A stretch of DNA of 64,000 nt from Penicillus capitatus (lineage: Eukaryota > Plantae > Chlorophyta), in the NCBI GenBank assembly GCA_965649825.1, contig OZ287697.1:1474351-1538350 (forward strand). The letters run 5' to 3'. Position 1 is the first letter of the stretch. The number at the start of each line of letters is the position of its first letter. The position numbers and the translations under genes were made by a program. Shown one piece after another: positions 38,501 to 53,149 of this stretch. The notes below the pieces were generated by a model, which was not told where the DNA came from, did not search any database, and worked only from the letters and a program-made list of their open reading frames with translations.

Positions 38501-41500
38501 CGTTAATATGCTCAGTCGATCCGAACTCATCGGAGATGCATTGATCTTTGATGCAAATTCAGTACGTAACGGCAGTGGAGCAAGCATTTTCAGTGAAGAG
38601 GCCTACAGAGTTCAGATCTCCAACTCTCGATTCAGTAACGGCATTGCCGACAACGGTGGCGGCGCACTTCTGCGCTTTGTTGAGGCGGCCAGTGTACTTG
38701 TCAACTGCTCCTTCGAAGGCAATTCAGCTGTATCGTTTGGAGGCGCATGTGTCGTGGCGAATTCCGCCGTAAGGTTTAAGAACTGCAGCATGGATGGAAA
38801 CAAAGCTAGAGAGTTTGGAGGCAGCTTGGTCGTCGCAAATTCCACTGTCGATCTTGGCAACTGTCACTTCAGTCGTAACAGCTGGACAGCATCCGGAGGT
38901 TTCATATGGGCGGGCGTGAACAGTGAGATCCGAGGGTACAATGTCTCTATGGTGGAAGCATCTTCACAGATGGGAGGAGCAGTGTGGTTTCATGATTCTG
39001 TGATCCAGCTAGAAGACGCTCACTTCTCAAGCTGTCACGCAAACATATCCGGCGGCGTCATCGCCGGATCGGAGAACGCCTCTCTTTTGTGCAACAACTG
39101 CATCTTTGAGAATAACACAGCTAGGAATTGGGGAGGTGCTGTATTCTTTTATAACGTAACGTCGCACCCCGTCTCTGTCCAGATCAACGGATCCACTTTC
39201 AAAAACAACACAGCCACACTTGGAGGTGAAACCAATCACTGCAGCATCTATCCACTGGCAATGGAGTTGTGCCTAGGTGCCACAGCCTTTTTCAGAGATT
39301 CTGAGCAAACGAACTGCACGATCCAGGATGACAACTGTTCTTTCCTGGTCGTGACAGATTCTGTCTTCTCTGAGAACGAAGCCGTGTCTGCTGGCGGGGC
39401 TGTCTTTGCGTCAGACATCGACAGCATTCGAATGAGCTGTTCTGCCTATGAGAGATGGCCAAAGAGGGCAGAATTCTACGACATAGAAGAACTGATGACC
39501 TTGGATGCAATAAGATCCGTGGAAGATATCTGTCAGTCTTGGAAGGGCAACCAGGCTGGTGTATACGCGGACGATGTTGGGTCATCCGGTGCTGGAGTTC
39601 GCACAACTGTCGTCCCTGACGGCTTACACGAAGCCGTGGAGGAAGTGTCGGGAAATAGATATGTCGTCGAAGGGTACTCGAGTGGAGAGCCTCTTCCTGT
39701 TATCCAGTTGGAAGTCGTCGACGGATTGGGTCAGGGACCAGCCATCAGTGCAAGCGGTCGAGTAATCGAAGCTGTGATGACCTTTCCAGTCGGCTTTTTC
39801 TCCGGATCCGTCAACATCAAGATGAATGATGGCGTCGGGAACGTCTCTGGAGTGGTTGGTTTTGGAAGGAAGGGTGTGTACGAATGTATGATCGACTTTA
39901 GCGAAGAACTGATCGAGTCGCTTGCGGTGGAAGTGCACGTCAGGGAGTGCAGACTTGGCGAAGTGGCCGCCGCCGACGGAACTTTCTGTGAGCCATGCAC
40001 CTCTGACACATACAACCTCATGCCAGGCAACGGGACCGGATGTCGGCCTTGCCCGGAGAACGGAAACTGCACGACTCAAGTCATCCTGCCAGCAAAGGGA
40101 TACTGGCACAAGACTCCGTGTTCCGAGCACATCCAAGAGTGCCTCTCTTCCGAGGCGTGCAGCTCCGAAAAGAGAGAAGACAAATTGACTGCAGCAACGA
40201 GGAACATCAGCAGCTGCGAATTCGATGAGGAGTTTAAACAGAACTACACGGAAGCTCAGTGCAGAGAGGTGATCTCTGGGTGCTATGGTGTGTTGTGCTT
40301 AAGGAGTGGCGTCACAGGGACACGAGGGCCCTCTGTGTGGATCCTGCAAAGCCTCCCATGGGAAGTCTCACTCTTTATTGTGTGAGGAGTGCTTCTCTGG
40401 ATTCGGCAACTATGCCTTGATCTTCGTGTCGTTCTTGGTGCTCATGGTACTGTCGTACATCACGGTGAGAAGCAACAAGATCTCGACTCCGAAGTTGAAG
40501 AGAATATCCATTAAATCCATTCGCCAGCTTCAGTCCCTGCCAAGCGGATCATCCTTAGTCCGCGTTAATGAGGCAGAACCTCAAGATGCAGAAGTGGCGA
40601 AGTGGAAGGCTGCAGAGCTGTTTAAGGTTGGTCAGAGAAAGCTTCTCTGTCGAAATGATACCTCTCTGTATGTAGATCATGGTGAACTTTCTGCAAGTGA
40701 CCGCCATTGCCGTGGCCATCAACGTCAAGTGGACTCTGGTACTGGTCGCGCTGTTCGAAGGCGCAGGTGAGAGAAGAGCGTTTTTTAAGAATAACGCCTT
40801 CACAGGTTGGTTGTCCTGCAGAGTTCATCAGCGGCATCACCTCGGAGACGGTGAACCGATCAGCGGACTGCATCGTCCCCGTCGATGCCTCGATGGATCG
40901 TTCGATTGCCAGCATCATCATCGACGTTTGTCTTCCCCTGGGCGTCATCTGCGTGTTCATCATGATCTGGATGGCCATCAAGGTCAAGCGAGGAGAGACG
41001 TGGTCCTGTCTGCTCAAGAAGATCATCCTGACGGTCATCGCCGTTCTGTACACGAGCTACATCTCCCTCACCAAGACACTCGTCAGCATTCTGGACTGCG
41101 TGGAGGTCCACGATTCTGTCGACTTTGAAATCGACGTCACATCAGACTACTGGGCAACAGACACCAAGATCGAATGCTACAAGGGACCCCACGCCTTGTT
41201 AGCCTTTATTTTGGGATGGCCTTTCTTGATCCTTTTCTCCTTCGGGTTTCCGTTGATCACTGCCTGCCTCATCGTCACAAACGTCGAAGAGGACTACAAA
41301 TGTGGATGGATCTACGAGACCTGCGGGTTCCTGTACCGTTCCTATAAGAGGAGTTTCGTGTTCTGGGAATCTGTGATTATGTTCAGAAAGGCTGTTCTGG
41401 CAGTGATCGTCGTTTTCTCTTATCCTCTGGGTGCCAATCTGCAGCAAGTTCTTGCTGTACTCCTCTTCGTATTCGTTCTCTACCTTCAGATGATCTGCTG

Positions 41501-41861
41501 TCCTTATCGTCCCGAGTTCGATAGCTTGAATAAGATGGAGAGTGCATCGATCTTCGTTTCGGCAATGACCTTTGCCTCGAGCATGTTCTTCGCAGACGAG
41601 AAAGTATCTTCCTCTGTCCGCACGTTGATCACTGTCGGTATTATACTGGCGAACGTGACACTTTTGTTGTTCTTCCTTTTCTTTTTGGTGATCTTTGCCG
41701 TCAACTACCTGAAAATTCGTCTTGATGAAGAGGGAGTGCCTTACAACCCAGATGGCGGTGCTCACCACATCCTGTGGGTCTATTTTTACCATTACCTGTT
41801 TGAACGCATGAAGAAGGCTATTCACAAACTGTTCTTCGGCGCACCGCCGGCATCTGTCTAA
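35547..41861 (+). CDS. G6: Pmp-repeat beta-helix multi-pass receptor-like protein, 1,967 aa (close paralog of G3)
   Basis: Introns 35665-35713, 35797-35848, 35910-35966, 36289-36337, 39226-39276, 40269-40317, 40627-40675 and 40767-40821 give 1,968 codons with no internal stop seen. Confidence 0.88.
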
Positions 41862-44800
41862 GAATCGGACGTCTGTGATCTCTCATTTTTCCTTTCTGCC
41901 GCGATGTTCTAAACTGTTGATCACTTCCTATTTGATTTTAACCTGTCTGTTAGAACTGCTGAGTAAGAGATTGTGTGAGAATAGACAACTCGCAGCCGTT
42001 GCCACGACGAGCGCTAAACCTCAGTCCAAGAGTGATTTCGACAGCTCAGGTATTGCATGAGTAGAATACCGTAAACTCGTTTTTCTGCTATCTCACTCGT
42101 GCAGGTAATCAGGTGACAGGCTTCAGCTTAAACAGATTGCTGCGATGGTTTGACGACATGATCAATTGGATGACCTCATCTTCGTATGGCCTGTATGTGG
42201 AATGATAACCCAAATGCAAGAATCGGTGAGAACGCCCACAGGCAAAAGACAAGGAAACAATGAATGGCATTCCTGAAGAGGAGTGCTCGCTACGTAGGCG
42301 CCTACAATGCTCCATAGTTCTTCCGTCTTAGCATGCGCCGTCACTTTGTTGATTGAGACTGCTCCGAACATCTGCGTTCGAGTTTGTCTGTTCCGACGGG
42401 GTGGAGGTCGTCTTACGTGGTGGGACTGGCTGCATCGGGAAAGAACTCAGCAAAGAATGATCGCGCTGTGTCGCTGGGGTCAGTCAAGAGGCTCCCTTTT
42501 CAGGAGAGTAAGATCGTCCAGTTACACGGATCTTCGAGTGCCGATTCCGTCTAAGAGAGGTTCAGAACACAATCCGGTTCTTGAGTTTCAGCTTGGGCCG
42601 TCTTCCTCTCTTCTGTTCTTTATCCCATAAACGAGTATCGAGGTTCAACCAGGCTCTAAAAGGTAGGCGCCCTTGACACCAGACATGGTCTTTTGCGGTT
42701 AGTGACTTGATCTACTAACCGAGATACCGTCAAAACCAAGGCGCTCAAAGCAAGGACGAATCGCAGCTGCTTGCAAGCCATTTAGCTTTGTACAGCTCTG
42801 CCTCGAGATGCTAAGTGAGAAGGTCCCACTCGATCTTCTTCCATTGGCGTTTAGCTTATGTCGAGATAGGACTCCACAAAGGCCGATCTCAAAGGACATC
42901 CGTTCGTGGTCGGTGGACGGAATTTCAACTTCATGCTTCTGTCAGCTGCATTCTAGAGGTAAGTGTCTTAGATAGCGAGCGACACAGCGACCTACGGTAA
43001 GGGTCGGTCGTGGACACGTTAGGAGGGAAGCAGGAATACAGAGCTCTCGTTCTTCAACAAACTCAGTTCAGAATATCATCAGAGCGCGACGTGCGTCTCA
43101 TCTGCCCCCCATCCGTCGTACCATCGATCTTACACCTGCAACAAAGAGACTTTTTTTGAGCGGAAAGTGTACGGTGCATGATGTGTCTCGCCGTCTTCTC
43201 AGATCATTGCGACCTGATATCTTCTCGACGATAGTAACAAGTAGGATGTGAACATGCCAGTAGTACTTTATGTGTGCTTTGTCAAAAACATTCTTCTTTT
43301 AACTCGGACAGGAAATATCGGTTTCAATGATCATCTTTATAACGCAGATATGTGTTCTTAGTCTTTTTTATGTTTCTAGACGGAGAGGCTTTAGCAGACT
43401 TTCCATCCAGGATAGGCGACAACACTTCGAATGCAGGTGGAAGTCGCGAAGAGGAAGGAGTCCGTTCGTCGCGTCTGACAAGGGGCCGAAAAACCTGCGC
43501 ATTGCCTCGGCGGAAGAATCCGCGCAAACGCCAGACTTTGCCCTAACGTGGCTTGTGACGCGACCGATGGGCGACCAAAAGATCATTTCTCAGCTAGCTA
43601 GCCGTACGGCAGAAAGATCGATACGGCGACTGTTTCCACCTTCTGCGCTGGACTCACTCTACAAGGTCTGGCAGCCAGAACGTTGACGGAGATGAAAACT
43701 ACTCGATGTTCTGTCGAGCAAGTAGAGAGTACAGAAGAGCAGATCCTACAGCTGACCCGTCGTACGAGATTGAGTCTGTCCACAGCGTATTCCAGTGACG
43801 GAGCTTGTTGTCTGTTTTGCTTTGAAACTCCTGGATTCTGCGATTCGGAGAGCGTCGTTTCGCAGTGTGTATCTGGCAGATGCGTTAACCTATCTCCCTT
43901 CTGGTGGCCAACAGGATCCAGCAGCCAGTAGACAGTCACCGTTCGATAACATGGGATTCAAGTGCTCCATTGACAAACGATGATCTGGCACATTGCTAAT
44001 ACAGACCAGTCTCCTTTTTCAGCGTGTTAAAGAGCAGTCAGACAAGTCTTTCTGTTTATGGTCAACCTGCACGCATCCGTTGACTCCATTCCGGGCAAGT
44101 CTCGTGTGTCATGTCTCGCTTCTATGTGTCCTTGACCCCCTCTCCTGCTCAGGAAGAAGTGAACCACACTTGGCCAGTGCAGTGACATTCATCAACCTCG
44201 TCGTTGCATCCCTCGGTTACGTGGCGAGTCACTCATCCGCCCTGTCATGGTGTCGAAGAGAATTCCTTGCTTGTCTGATTGAGAATGGATATGGACTTTC
44301 TTAGCTGCGAGACGATGAGGCACCAGCACAGCAGACATGAAATAATCTGTGCAGATGTCGAATCACAATCTGTTTTCTGACAATGCGATGCAAATGCCGA
44401 TGCAGTATCAACGGCATACGGCAGACAGAACGTAGTAAACAAACCATCCCACATTTGCAAACCATCCGGAGTTCTCTGTCTCTGTAGAGTGTTTACCAGA
44501 TCACATACAACCTGCCTCCATAGTCTCGTCTCAGCAACCTCTTTGTTCTCCGCGACGCTACGGATTCGCACTGGATGGAGCTCCGAAGTGTGAGAGTTTC
44601 ATACGATGTCACACTTGAGATGAATGGTCGTTGATTGCGCCCTCTCTGTCAAACATCGTCCACCGTACTGTCAGAAAAAGCGGCGATTCTGTGTCCTGCG
44701 AAAGTGTGACGAGTGGACGAGCTGCTTCGGTGTTGGCACTCTAGGCCTGCAGCCTTAGGCCATATTCGCCAACGTTGCGTCAGCATGACAACACGAAGCC

Positions 44801-45215
44801 GCAATTGGCAACAGTGGAGCCAACGGTTGCTCTTCAAACGCGGCATCAAGACGCGGCTGGTGGACAGCGGTGTTCTTGCTCGGACAGGTCGTAGTTGGTG
44901 CGACTGTTCGTTGCATGTCAGCATTGGAGGCCTTGCTTGATCTGAAAAGACATCCACAGTGGGCTGCGCGACGAATAGACGCTCGAAGAAGCACGTCGAT
45001 TTTGTCCGTATGCCCAACGGGAGAATAAGGCGCGTGCACGAAGCATGCTCTCGGACACGTGGTCGTTCGCTGCACCAGCTGCACCGTAGCTGCAGTAGAA
45101 GCATTTCTCGCCTCAGCTTGCAGCGATTTCCATGCAGCTGGGCTCTTCCCGACTACAAAAGCCGCACAGTTTGCAAGCGTCTGTTGAAGTTTTCGTTCAG
45201 TAGTCCGACAAAAAA

Positions 45216-48200
45216 ATGCGACGCCGTTTACTTGGTTTGTTGTTGACGTGCGTGATGTTCCGCACAACCGCGAGCGCATTATTAACCTCTTCAAAGCCCG
45301 GTCCACGTCGAGCTCTTGCTGCTTCGACTGCCAAAGGTGCCTCGACCTCGTTTATCTCCTGCGAAATCTCGGCCTCGAATCCATCGTCACTTTCAGAAAA
45401 AATGACATCTGTGCCGCCTCATGCAACGAAGACTGCCGACTTCCCGACGAAACAGGAAGATGAAGCGACGAGTTCGTCTCTGGCGTCCCAAACGAGCATG
45501 GCTTTGGAGAAAGATCGTCCATCTCTTGATTTGGGAGGTCGAAGTGCGAGCCGTTCCCTGCTACAAGATGATGGCCTCAACGACGAAGCTCCACTGAGTG
45601 AGATCCTTGCTGTATCTGAGAACTCTTTCTTGACGCCAGTGCTCTTGGTCTTTACAGGCCTTCCTTGTTCCCTGAACAAACGAATTCTTAAAGAACATCT
45701 GAACGAGACGACGAGAACGTGGCGTATCAACCGTTCACTTCTTGACGACGTCGAGAATGACATCCAAGTCATTGTCAACTGTACGAAGCCAGGCGACGTC
45801 CTCACCTTCAGTCCGAAGCGAAGAATCCGGCCGTCTTCGCGCATCGTCATACCATGGCCACTGACGCTGACAGCCCCGGTGAACAGTTCTAAGCTCGAGG
45901 AAGGCGTGTTCCCTCGTTCCGACTCAAAAGCGACCTTCACCTGTCCGAACAGAAGAGAGGGCGTCTACTTGGTGAAGTGAGATTCGAATTCCCGAATCCG
46001 CCGTTGTCTGACGTGGATCTCGTTTTCAGGTCGACGGGTGTCCTTTTCGCCAATCTGATGTTCGAGGACTGCTCGTTCGAATCTGGCAGTTCTGGGTCCA
46101 TCGTGGAAGTTGAAAACTGTACTTCCAGTCGCATCAAAGACAACATTCAGCTCCATCATGTCAGTTTCGTGAATAACACGCTGATCAACAGCACGGCACT
46201 CGCAATGCAGTCACCATCTTGCTTTGAGCTGGTATTGATCGACTTCGTCTTCGAGAATAACACATGTGACGGCAGTTGCGGCGTGATTCTTTCCAGAAGG
46301 GATCGATTACGTGATATCGTCATTCGGCGCAACAAGCCGCATGACTCTGCGAATCTTAACACGACGGTGTTCTATGCGTCTGCTGGATCTGAGACGTCAG
46401 TTGATCTCATGAACAGTTCAGGGAACAGATGTTCAAGCATTACACTTAAGAACGGATCTCTAGACATGACACGTGCTACATTCGCACAGAATTCGATCGC
46501 ACATGGCCGGAATGATACGAGCATCGCATCATTGCGCTTGACGTCAGCGTCGGTGTCGTTCAAAAAGTGTCGGTTTCAACAGAACTCAGCTCACATCGGA
46601 GGTGCCATTACCATATCAAGATCGAATGTCACTTTCATAGATAGCATCTTTGAATCAAATGCTGCTGCTGTACACGGTGGTGTCATGGTGTTTCAAGATA
46701 ACAGCACTGTCTGGATTCAATCCTGCAACTTCTCCTTGAACGAAGCTCTCGAGTCTGGTGGCGTGTTGCTGGGGATTAAGTCTCGGTTAATCGTCACTAA
46801 CTCCTTTCTGGAAAAGAACTCTGCGAACGACACTGGTGGGTGTATTCTTCTGGATCACTCAAGTGATCTGACGATGTCATCCACTGTGATGAAGAACAAT
46901 GAAGCTACGTTTGGTGGTGCCATTGCGATCAAAGGGAACACATCGGGGCGTGTGATGAATTCGTCCTTCCACATGAACAATGCATCCACATCTGGCGGCG
47001 CTGCTTACGTCGATGATTCCGTACTCTCAGTTCAGAAGTGCAGCTTCACCAATGGATCTGCGAAATTTGGTGGTGGAATCTACTCAACCTCTTCCAAAAT
47101 CTCCGTCAATGATACTTCGCATTACTTCCACAACTTTGCAGGTTCCGGTGGAGCCATTTTTATGGAGAGTTACTCATCAGGCATCGTCACCGAAGGCCAG
47201 TTTGATAAAAACAATGCAACCACATTTGGCGGCGCTATATTCGTCCAAGATTCCGTCCTCTCAGTTCAGAAGTGCAGCTTCACCAACGGATCTGCGAAAT
47301 ATGGCGGCGGAATCTACGCATTCTCTTCATATATCTCCGTCAATGATACTTCGCATTACTCCCACAACTCCGCGGACTTTGGTGGAGCCATTTTTATGGA
47401 GGCCAACTCTTCAGACATTATCAAGAATTGTCAATTTGATAAAAATAGTGCATCCACATCTGGCGGTGCTATTTACGTCCAAGATTCCGTCCTCTCAGTT
47501 CAGAAGTGTGACTTTACGAACGGATCTGCAGAGAGCGGAGGAGGAATCGTCACATTCTTTTCAAATGTCTCTGTCGGGGAAACCTCGGCGTCTGGCCTGT
47601 TTGCAGTTCAGCGTGGCGGATTTGTCAATGGAATTACTTCTGAGGTTTACATGAGCAACTGCTCATTCTCGGACAACAGAGCTCGTGTTAGCGGAGGAGT
47701 GATACAATGCGATGATGGTTGCCGTTTCACAGATACGAGATCGAAATACTCTGGCAATGCAGCAGAGTATGGTGGCGCTATTGTTCTTACAAGCAATTCA
47801 TTTGGCAGTATCACCAAATGTCAGTTTGGCGAGAACGAAGTCAAAAGCGCTGGCGGCGCCGTCTACATCCTAGAGGCTGCGCTCTCAGTTCAGGAGTGCA
47901 ACTTCACCGACGGATCTGCAATACTCGGTGGGGCAATCTACTCAATGTCTTCAGACTTCTCCATCCAGGATACATCCGCATCTAACATGTCTGCAGCCAA
48001 CTTTGGTGGATTCTTAGTTGGTATAACTTCTCAGATACGCATGAAGAACTGCTTATTCTCAGACAACGTGGCTGGTATCGGAGGAGGTGTGCTCCATTGT
48101 GAAGCTAATTGCAGTTTCTCGGATACGGGATCGAAATACTCTGGCAATAGAGCAAACGATGGTGGCGCCATTAGCTTTTTAAGCAATTCAGTTGGCAACA

Positions 48201-51200
48201 TCACCAAGTGTCAGTTTGATAAGAACGAAGCGGAAAACTATGGCGGCTCCGTCTACATCCTAGAGGCTGCGCTCTCAGTTCAGGAGTGCAACTTCACCGA
48301 TGGATCTGCAATGCACGGTGGGGCAATCTACTCAACCTCCGCAAAAATCCCCGTCGACGATACTTCGCATTACTTGCACAACTCAGCGGATTTTGGTGGC
48401 GCCATTTTTATGGAGCGCAACTCCTGGGGCATCTTCACCGAAGGTCAATTTAACAAGAACAATGCGACCGCAGCTGGCGGCGCTGTATATGTCATAGACT
48501 CCGTGCTTTCGTTTCAGAAGTGCAACTTTGCCAATGGATCTGCGGGATACGGAGGCGGAATCTGCTCGTATTTTTCGGACATCTCTATCTTGGAGACTAA
48601 CGCCTTTGACCACTCTGCCAATGAGCAAGGCGGTTTTATCTCATCATGGAATAGAAGCACAGTCACTGTGACAAGAAGCTCCATGATCAAAGGCAGATCG
48701 CGGCAAGGAGGTGCTGTTTTCCTCGCCAAATCTGTCTTCAAGGGTGACGATATCCGCATCGCACAGTGTGAGGCAGAGAGTGATGGTGGTGCCATCATGG
48801 GCAATGATTCATCGAGGTTGCTCTGCAGTGGCTGCACTCTAGTCGACAACAAAGCAATCCGCGGTGGAGCCATATTTCTGGTCTACAATGACACTCGATC
48901 CATTTCCCTGCAACTCGATGACAGCACTCTGGTCGACAATTTAGCTGAAAATGGAGGTACTCACGATAAGGCCAACGGTTAAAGGGGGTTTAGGCTGTTG
49001 TTCTTTACGCAGGAGCGATCCAAATCGCCGCCGAAACGGAGTCCATGCTGCACGACTGTCGGACAGAACCCGACAAATGTGGAGTCGCGGCTGTGGCGGA
49101 CACGTCGATGATGGACAACAAAGCAAGATCGGCAGGTGGTGCCGTCTTCATCGACACGGTTGCTGGTCTACGACTGAGCTGCTCAGACGAATCGAAAGAT
49201 CACAGACTGCAATTCTACGCAAAGAAGCAGTGGATGTCCATGAAGCGCCTGACATCCATTGACGACATCTGTCCGTCCTGGAAAAACAACACAGCTGAGA
49301 GATACGGACGGGATGTGGCAACCTCTGCATTCGGTATCCGAAAGGAGATCTCTGATGAAAAGACAGGAGTGCTGAGTCCAGTGAATGCAGTAAATCACAC
49401 CATACACAACCACAGAAGCGGAGATCCAATTCCTATGATTAGCTTAGCACTCGTGGATGAGCTCGGACAAGGCTCCGCTGTCGGGGAGAACAATGAAGAC
49501 ATCAAGGCTGTGATGTCCTCACCCGATGGATTCTTCGCTGGAAGTGTTATCAAGCCTCTGGGCATCGAAGGCGCGAATCTCAGTGCCATTGGCTTCGCGC
49601 AGCCTGGAGTGTACAAAGTTCAGATTGAGTTTGAAGGAGCAGACTTGGAGAGCTTCGAGATCACTGTGGAGGTGAAGCCGTGTGAAATGGGTGAAGTGTC
49701 TTACGGAAATGGGACGTTCTGTGAATCTTGCAACGTTGCCTCCTACAGTTTTTCTCCGGAAGAGGATCTAGAATGTCATCCGTGTCCAGAGAATGGAGAC
49801 TGCAGCAGTCAAGTCATCCTGCCAAACAAGGGGTACTGGCATCGAACTCCGTGCTCGGAGCGTGTCCAGAGATGTCTCACAGCAGAAGCGTGTGCGAGTG
49901 ACAATCGTGCAGATACATTACGAGAACGCACGCAAGATGTACAGACGTGTCAATTTGACGATCAGTATGTACAGAACTACACAGAGGCGCAGTGCAGAGA
50001 GGTGAGCATCGTGTTTGTCCGCAGATTTCATCAAGCGTCGTTGGTTCTCAGGGGCATGAAGGGCCACTATGTGGATCCTGTAAGGAATCCTATGGAAAAA
50101 CAAACTCTCATCTCTGCGAGAAGTGTCGATCGGATGCTGCTGATGTCGTCTTAGTCGTTCTGTCATTTCTTGTCCTATTGGGCTTATCCAGCATCGCCAT
50201 CAGGAGCAACCTCATCTCTATGTCTCCATCGCAGCAGGGACAGCAAATACAAACTACTCCTCAGTTTTCGCCTGCCTCCACCAGCACCCACACAGTTCCG
50301 GCCGAGATGAGAATAGAATTGGCAGTCATCCAAGAGATCAGGGAAGAAGGCTCAACTTCTGATCACAATCAAGAAGCTGGTACTGGTCAGTCTTCTAAAG
50401 ATGCAGAGCTCTCCAAATGGATGGCAATTGAGCTCTTAAAGGTCGCACCTTTCTCTACTGTATGTTGTGTCCATTCACAATGACTGTTCTGCAGATTACA
50501 GTGAACTTTCTGCAGGTCACAGCCATAGCTGTGGCAATCGATGCTCAGTGGACATTCGCATTAATCGCACTCTTCCAAACTGCAGGTGACTAAAAGATCA
50601 CTCTGTTCGACAGTTTGTGGACGTGTGTTGTGTGCTGCAGAGTTCGTCAGTGCCATCACATCAGAGGCCGTCAATCAATCTGTCGACTGCCTCATCCCAA
50701 CAGGAGCTTCTCTGCAGCGATCAGTCGCCAGTACACTGGTAGATGCAACGCAGCCGATTGCATGCATCTTCGTTTTCATCGTTTTCTGGCTGGCAATCAA
50801 GATAAGCCGCAGAGGGTCATGGACGTATCTGTTGAGAAAGTGTATCCTTAGCGCACTCGTCGTCTTCTACATCAGCTACATCTCCATCACCAAGACGCTC
50901 ATCGACATCCTAAACTGCGTCGAAGTCCATGATTCAGCGATGCCTGGGATCGACGAGACAACGAACTACTGGGCAGTGGACACCAGCGTTGAGTGCTACG
51001 AGGGATCGCATGCCGCGTTGGCTCATCTGTTGGCATGGCCATTCCTCGTCATCTTCACTGTTGGGTTTCCACTCTCTGTCGCATTCCTGGTTGTCAAGAA
51101 GGTTACAGGAGACTACAAGGATGGCTGGATCTACGAAGTCAGCGGCTTCGTCTATCGATCCTACAGCAAACGATACATCTTCTGGGAGTCCGTGATCATG

Positions 51201-51689
51201 TTCAGAAAAGCCATTCTTGCAGTTGTCGTCGTTTTCTCTTATGAACTCGGATTCGACATTCAAGCAGTTCTGGCCTCTTTCGTCCTGATCATGGCATTGT
51301 ACTTTCAGACCAAATGCCGTCCCTATCGTGAAGAGTTTGATTCTCTCAATGACGTAGAGAGTCTCTCCATCTTGGTCTCTTCCTCTACGTTCATTTGCAG
51401 CATCTTCTTTGGGGTTGATCACGTCTCTGATGAGGTTCGTGTGCTCATCAGCGTTCTCTTGTGCTTTGCAAACATTCTTTTCTTTCTCTACCTCCTCACT
51501 CTTTCTGCCAGGTTTGCTGCCGAGTACCTCAAGACTGTACTGGCTAGAGAAGGAATCTCGTCGACAGATGACACGTTTCGAATTCTCGCAACCTATTTGA
51601 TTGATTACCTGTTTATGCATGTTAAGAACGTTCTGATGAGATGGGGCAAATCTGCCAGATCTCGTCGCTATCGTCGTTCTGAGCTTTGA
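45216..51689 (+). CDS. G7: Pmp-repeat beta-helix multi-pass receptor-like protein, 2,048 aa (ectodomain close to G5)
   Basis: Signal peptide MRRRLLGLLLTCVMFRTTASA. Introns 45598-45657, 45977-46029, 48957-49012, 50002-50051, 50442-50494 and 50586-50640 give 2,049 codons. About 150 bp upstream of the ATG is shared with G5. Confidence 0.88.
46976..48690 (+). repeat. Intragenic tandem cassettes in G7: periods 234, 234, 390, 390, 234 nt
   Basis: Anchors (Asn codon of FxxN) at 46976, 47210, 47444, 47834, 48224 and 48458. Confidence 0.9.
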
Positions 51690-53149
51690 AGTGGCTTCAT
51701 CATGTTTCACATGTCGATTTGTGGGGGATGAAAAGCGATCGAAGTTCTCTACCTTCATCGTATCGATGATGTCGGGCATCTTAAGAGGACAGAAGTTGTT
51801 GTCGAACATGAGTTTAAACAGAAGCGTCTCATTGTTTTGCAGATTAGCCTTTCCATCGTCGTCTTCGATTCGATGAGATCACCGACTACTTGATGCGGAA
51901 TGCATAGGAACAATGCTTCATTTCCAACTGGGCGTCTCGATCCCGATTCGGACACATGCAGAACGCAGCAGGATACAAAGGATGCATCGTTTATTCGGAT
52001 TCTCACTCTGGGCAGAGAGATCGTCTTCACCTGTCCATACCGACGGCTTCTGTGTCGTCGCAGACATCTCTTGGTGCATGTCTAACGGCAGAGATTCGAA
52101 TGTTGCCTCCAAAACGCAAAAGTGTGATAAAGTGTGAGAACGTTTACGACATCGGCACAGAGCTGTATCGTCGAAGGACTCACTCAAGGCCAGAAGCACC
52201 GTCCGTCTGGCAACTCTGAAGAGACAGACGCGATGTCAGCCAAAGATTCGCGTAAGGGGAGCCTCTGTGTCACACAATGTGTGAAGGAGTATTCGACTCG
52301 ACGTCTCTTACATGGAGGCGTTCTCTCTCGCGAGACGTCGCGAAGAGCATAGGAGAGCGTGTCGAGTTTCTGAGCAATCAAGTAGCCTTCTGGTCATAAA
52401 ACGTCTTCGCGGACATCTGCGATGGGATGACTGTGTATGACGGCGAAGACTCGTCCGGACCTATAGAAGAAAGGCAAGTGAACAGTGACGATATTCTTTG
52501 GCCGTGAATCTTCAGCTGAGCGTCCATTCTTCGATGTTGAGGAAGCCGCTCAGCATGTCGTCCGCGGCGTCATTTTGAAGGAAACAGTTCCCTGGCTAAG
52601 GAGGAGCACTTGTAGACGCAGCTCTGCATCGACTGTTTCAGCGTTCGAAAAGCGAAGGTTGATGGCAAATGGCCCGCTAGATACAACACGACACCGAGAA
52701 GCTAACTCTCACCTGGAGATCGAGTCAACAATGGCCTTATTTCAGGCTTCGGCAGGAAGTGCATGCTATCGGCAACTTCATCATATGTGTTCGGGTTCTG
52801 GTGAAAAACTATTGGCAGCTCGCGACGAGAGCTGCCGGGAACATCTGCCTGTGCTTTGCAGAACTTGAGACGTATTCCTTTCTCGTGTGCTTACCATGAT
52901 TGAATCTTCGTTGGCGTTTTTGCTGTTGAATGAGGGTCACACTTTAAGAATGTGCGACAGACTTAGTGCATGATGATTTCGAACGCACGAGCGATGACGC
53001 ATGTCATTCGATTCTTAACGCAACAGTCAGTATTACATCTCACACATTCATCTCGTTGTGAAATTGCTTAGCGACTGAGAATCGTTGTCCTGTGGATACT
53101 GTCGTTTAAATGAAGGTCTTAATGAACGCAAACGTGTTTGGATGTGCAC

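Larger units (their letters stand above)
31860..42165 (+). repeat. Segmental duplication copy B (paralog of ~3770-14372)
   Basis: See copy A. Confidence 0.9.

Noticed and set aside
42166-45000. Possible decayed transposon or gene in the spacer unique to copy B
   Set aside because: No terminal repeats, TSD or diagnostic protein motif found by eye.
50934-51809. Long minus-strand ORFs over TM exons (also 13197-13823, 41199-41825, 2083-2847)
   Set aside because: Antisense shadows of hydrophobic coding sequence.
52184-52868. Fragments resembling CUB (VYDGEDSSGP, +) or JAMM (VIHSHP, -) motifs
   Set aside because: Short matches bounded by stops, and no coherent spliced model.
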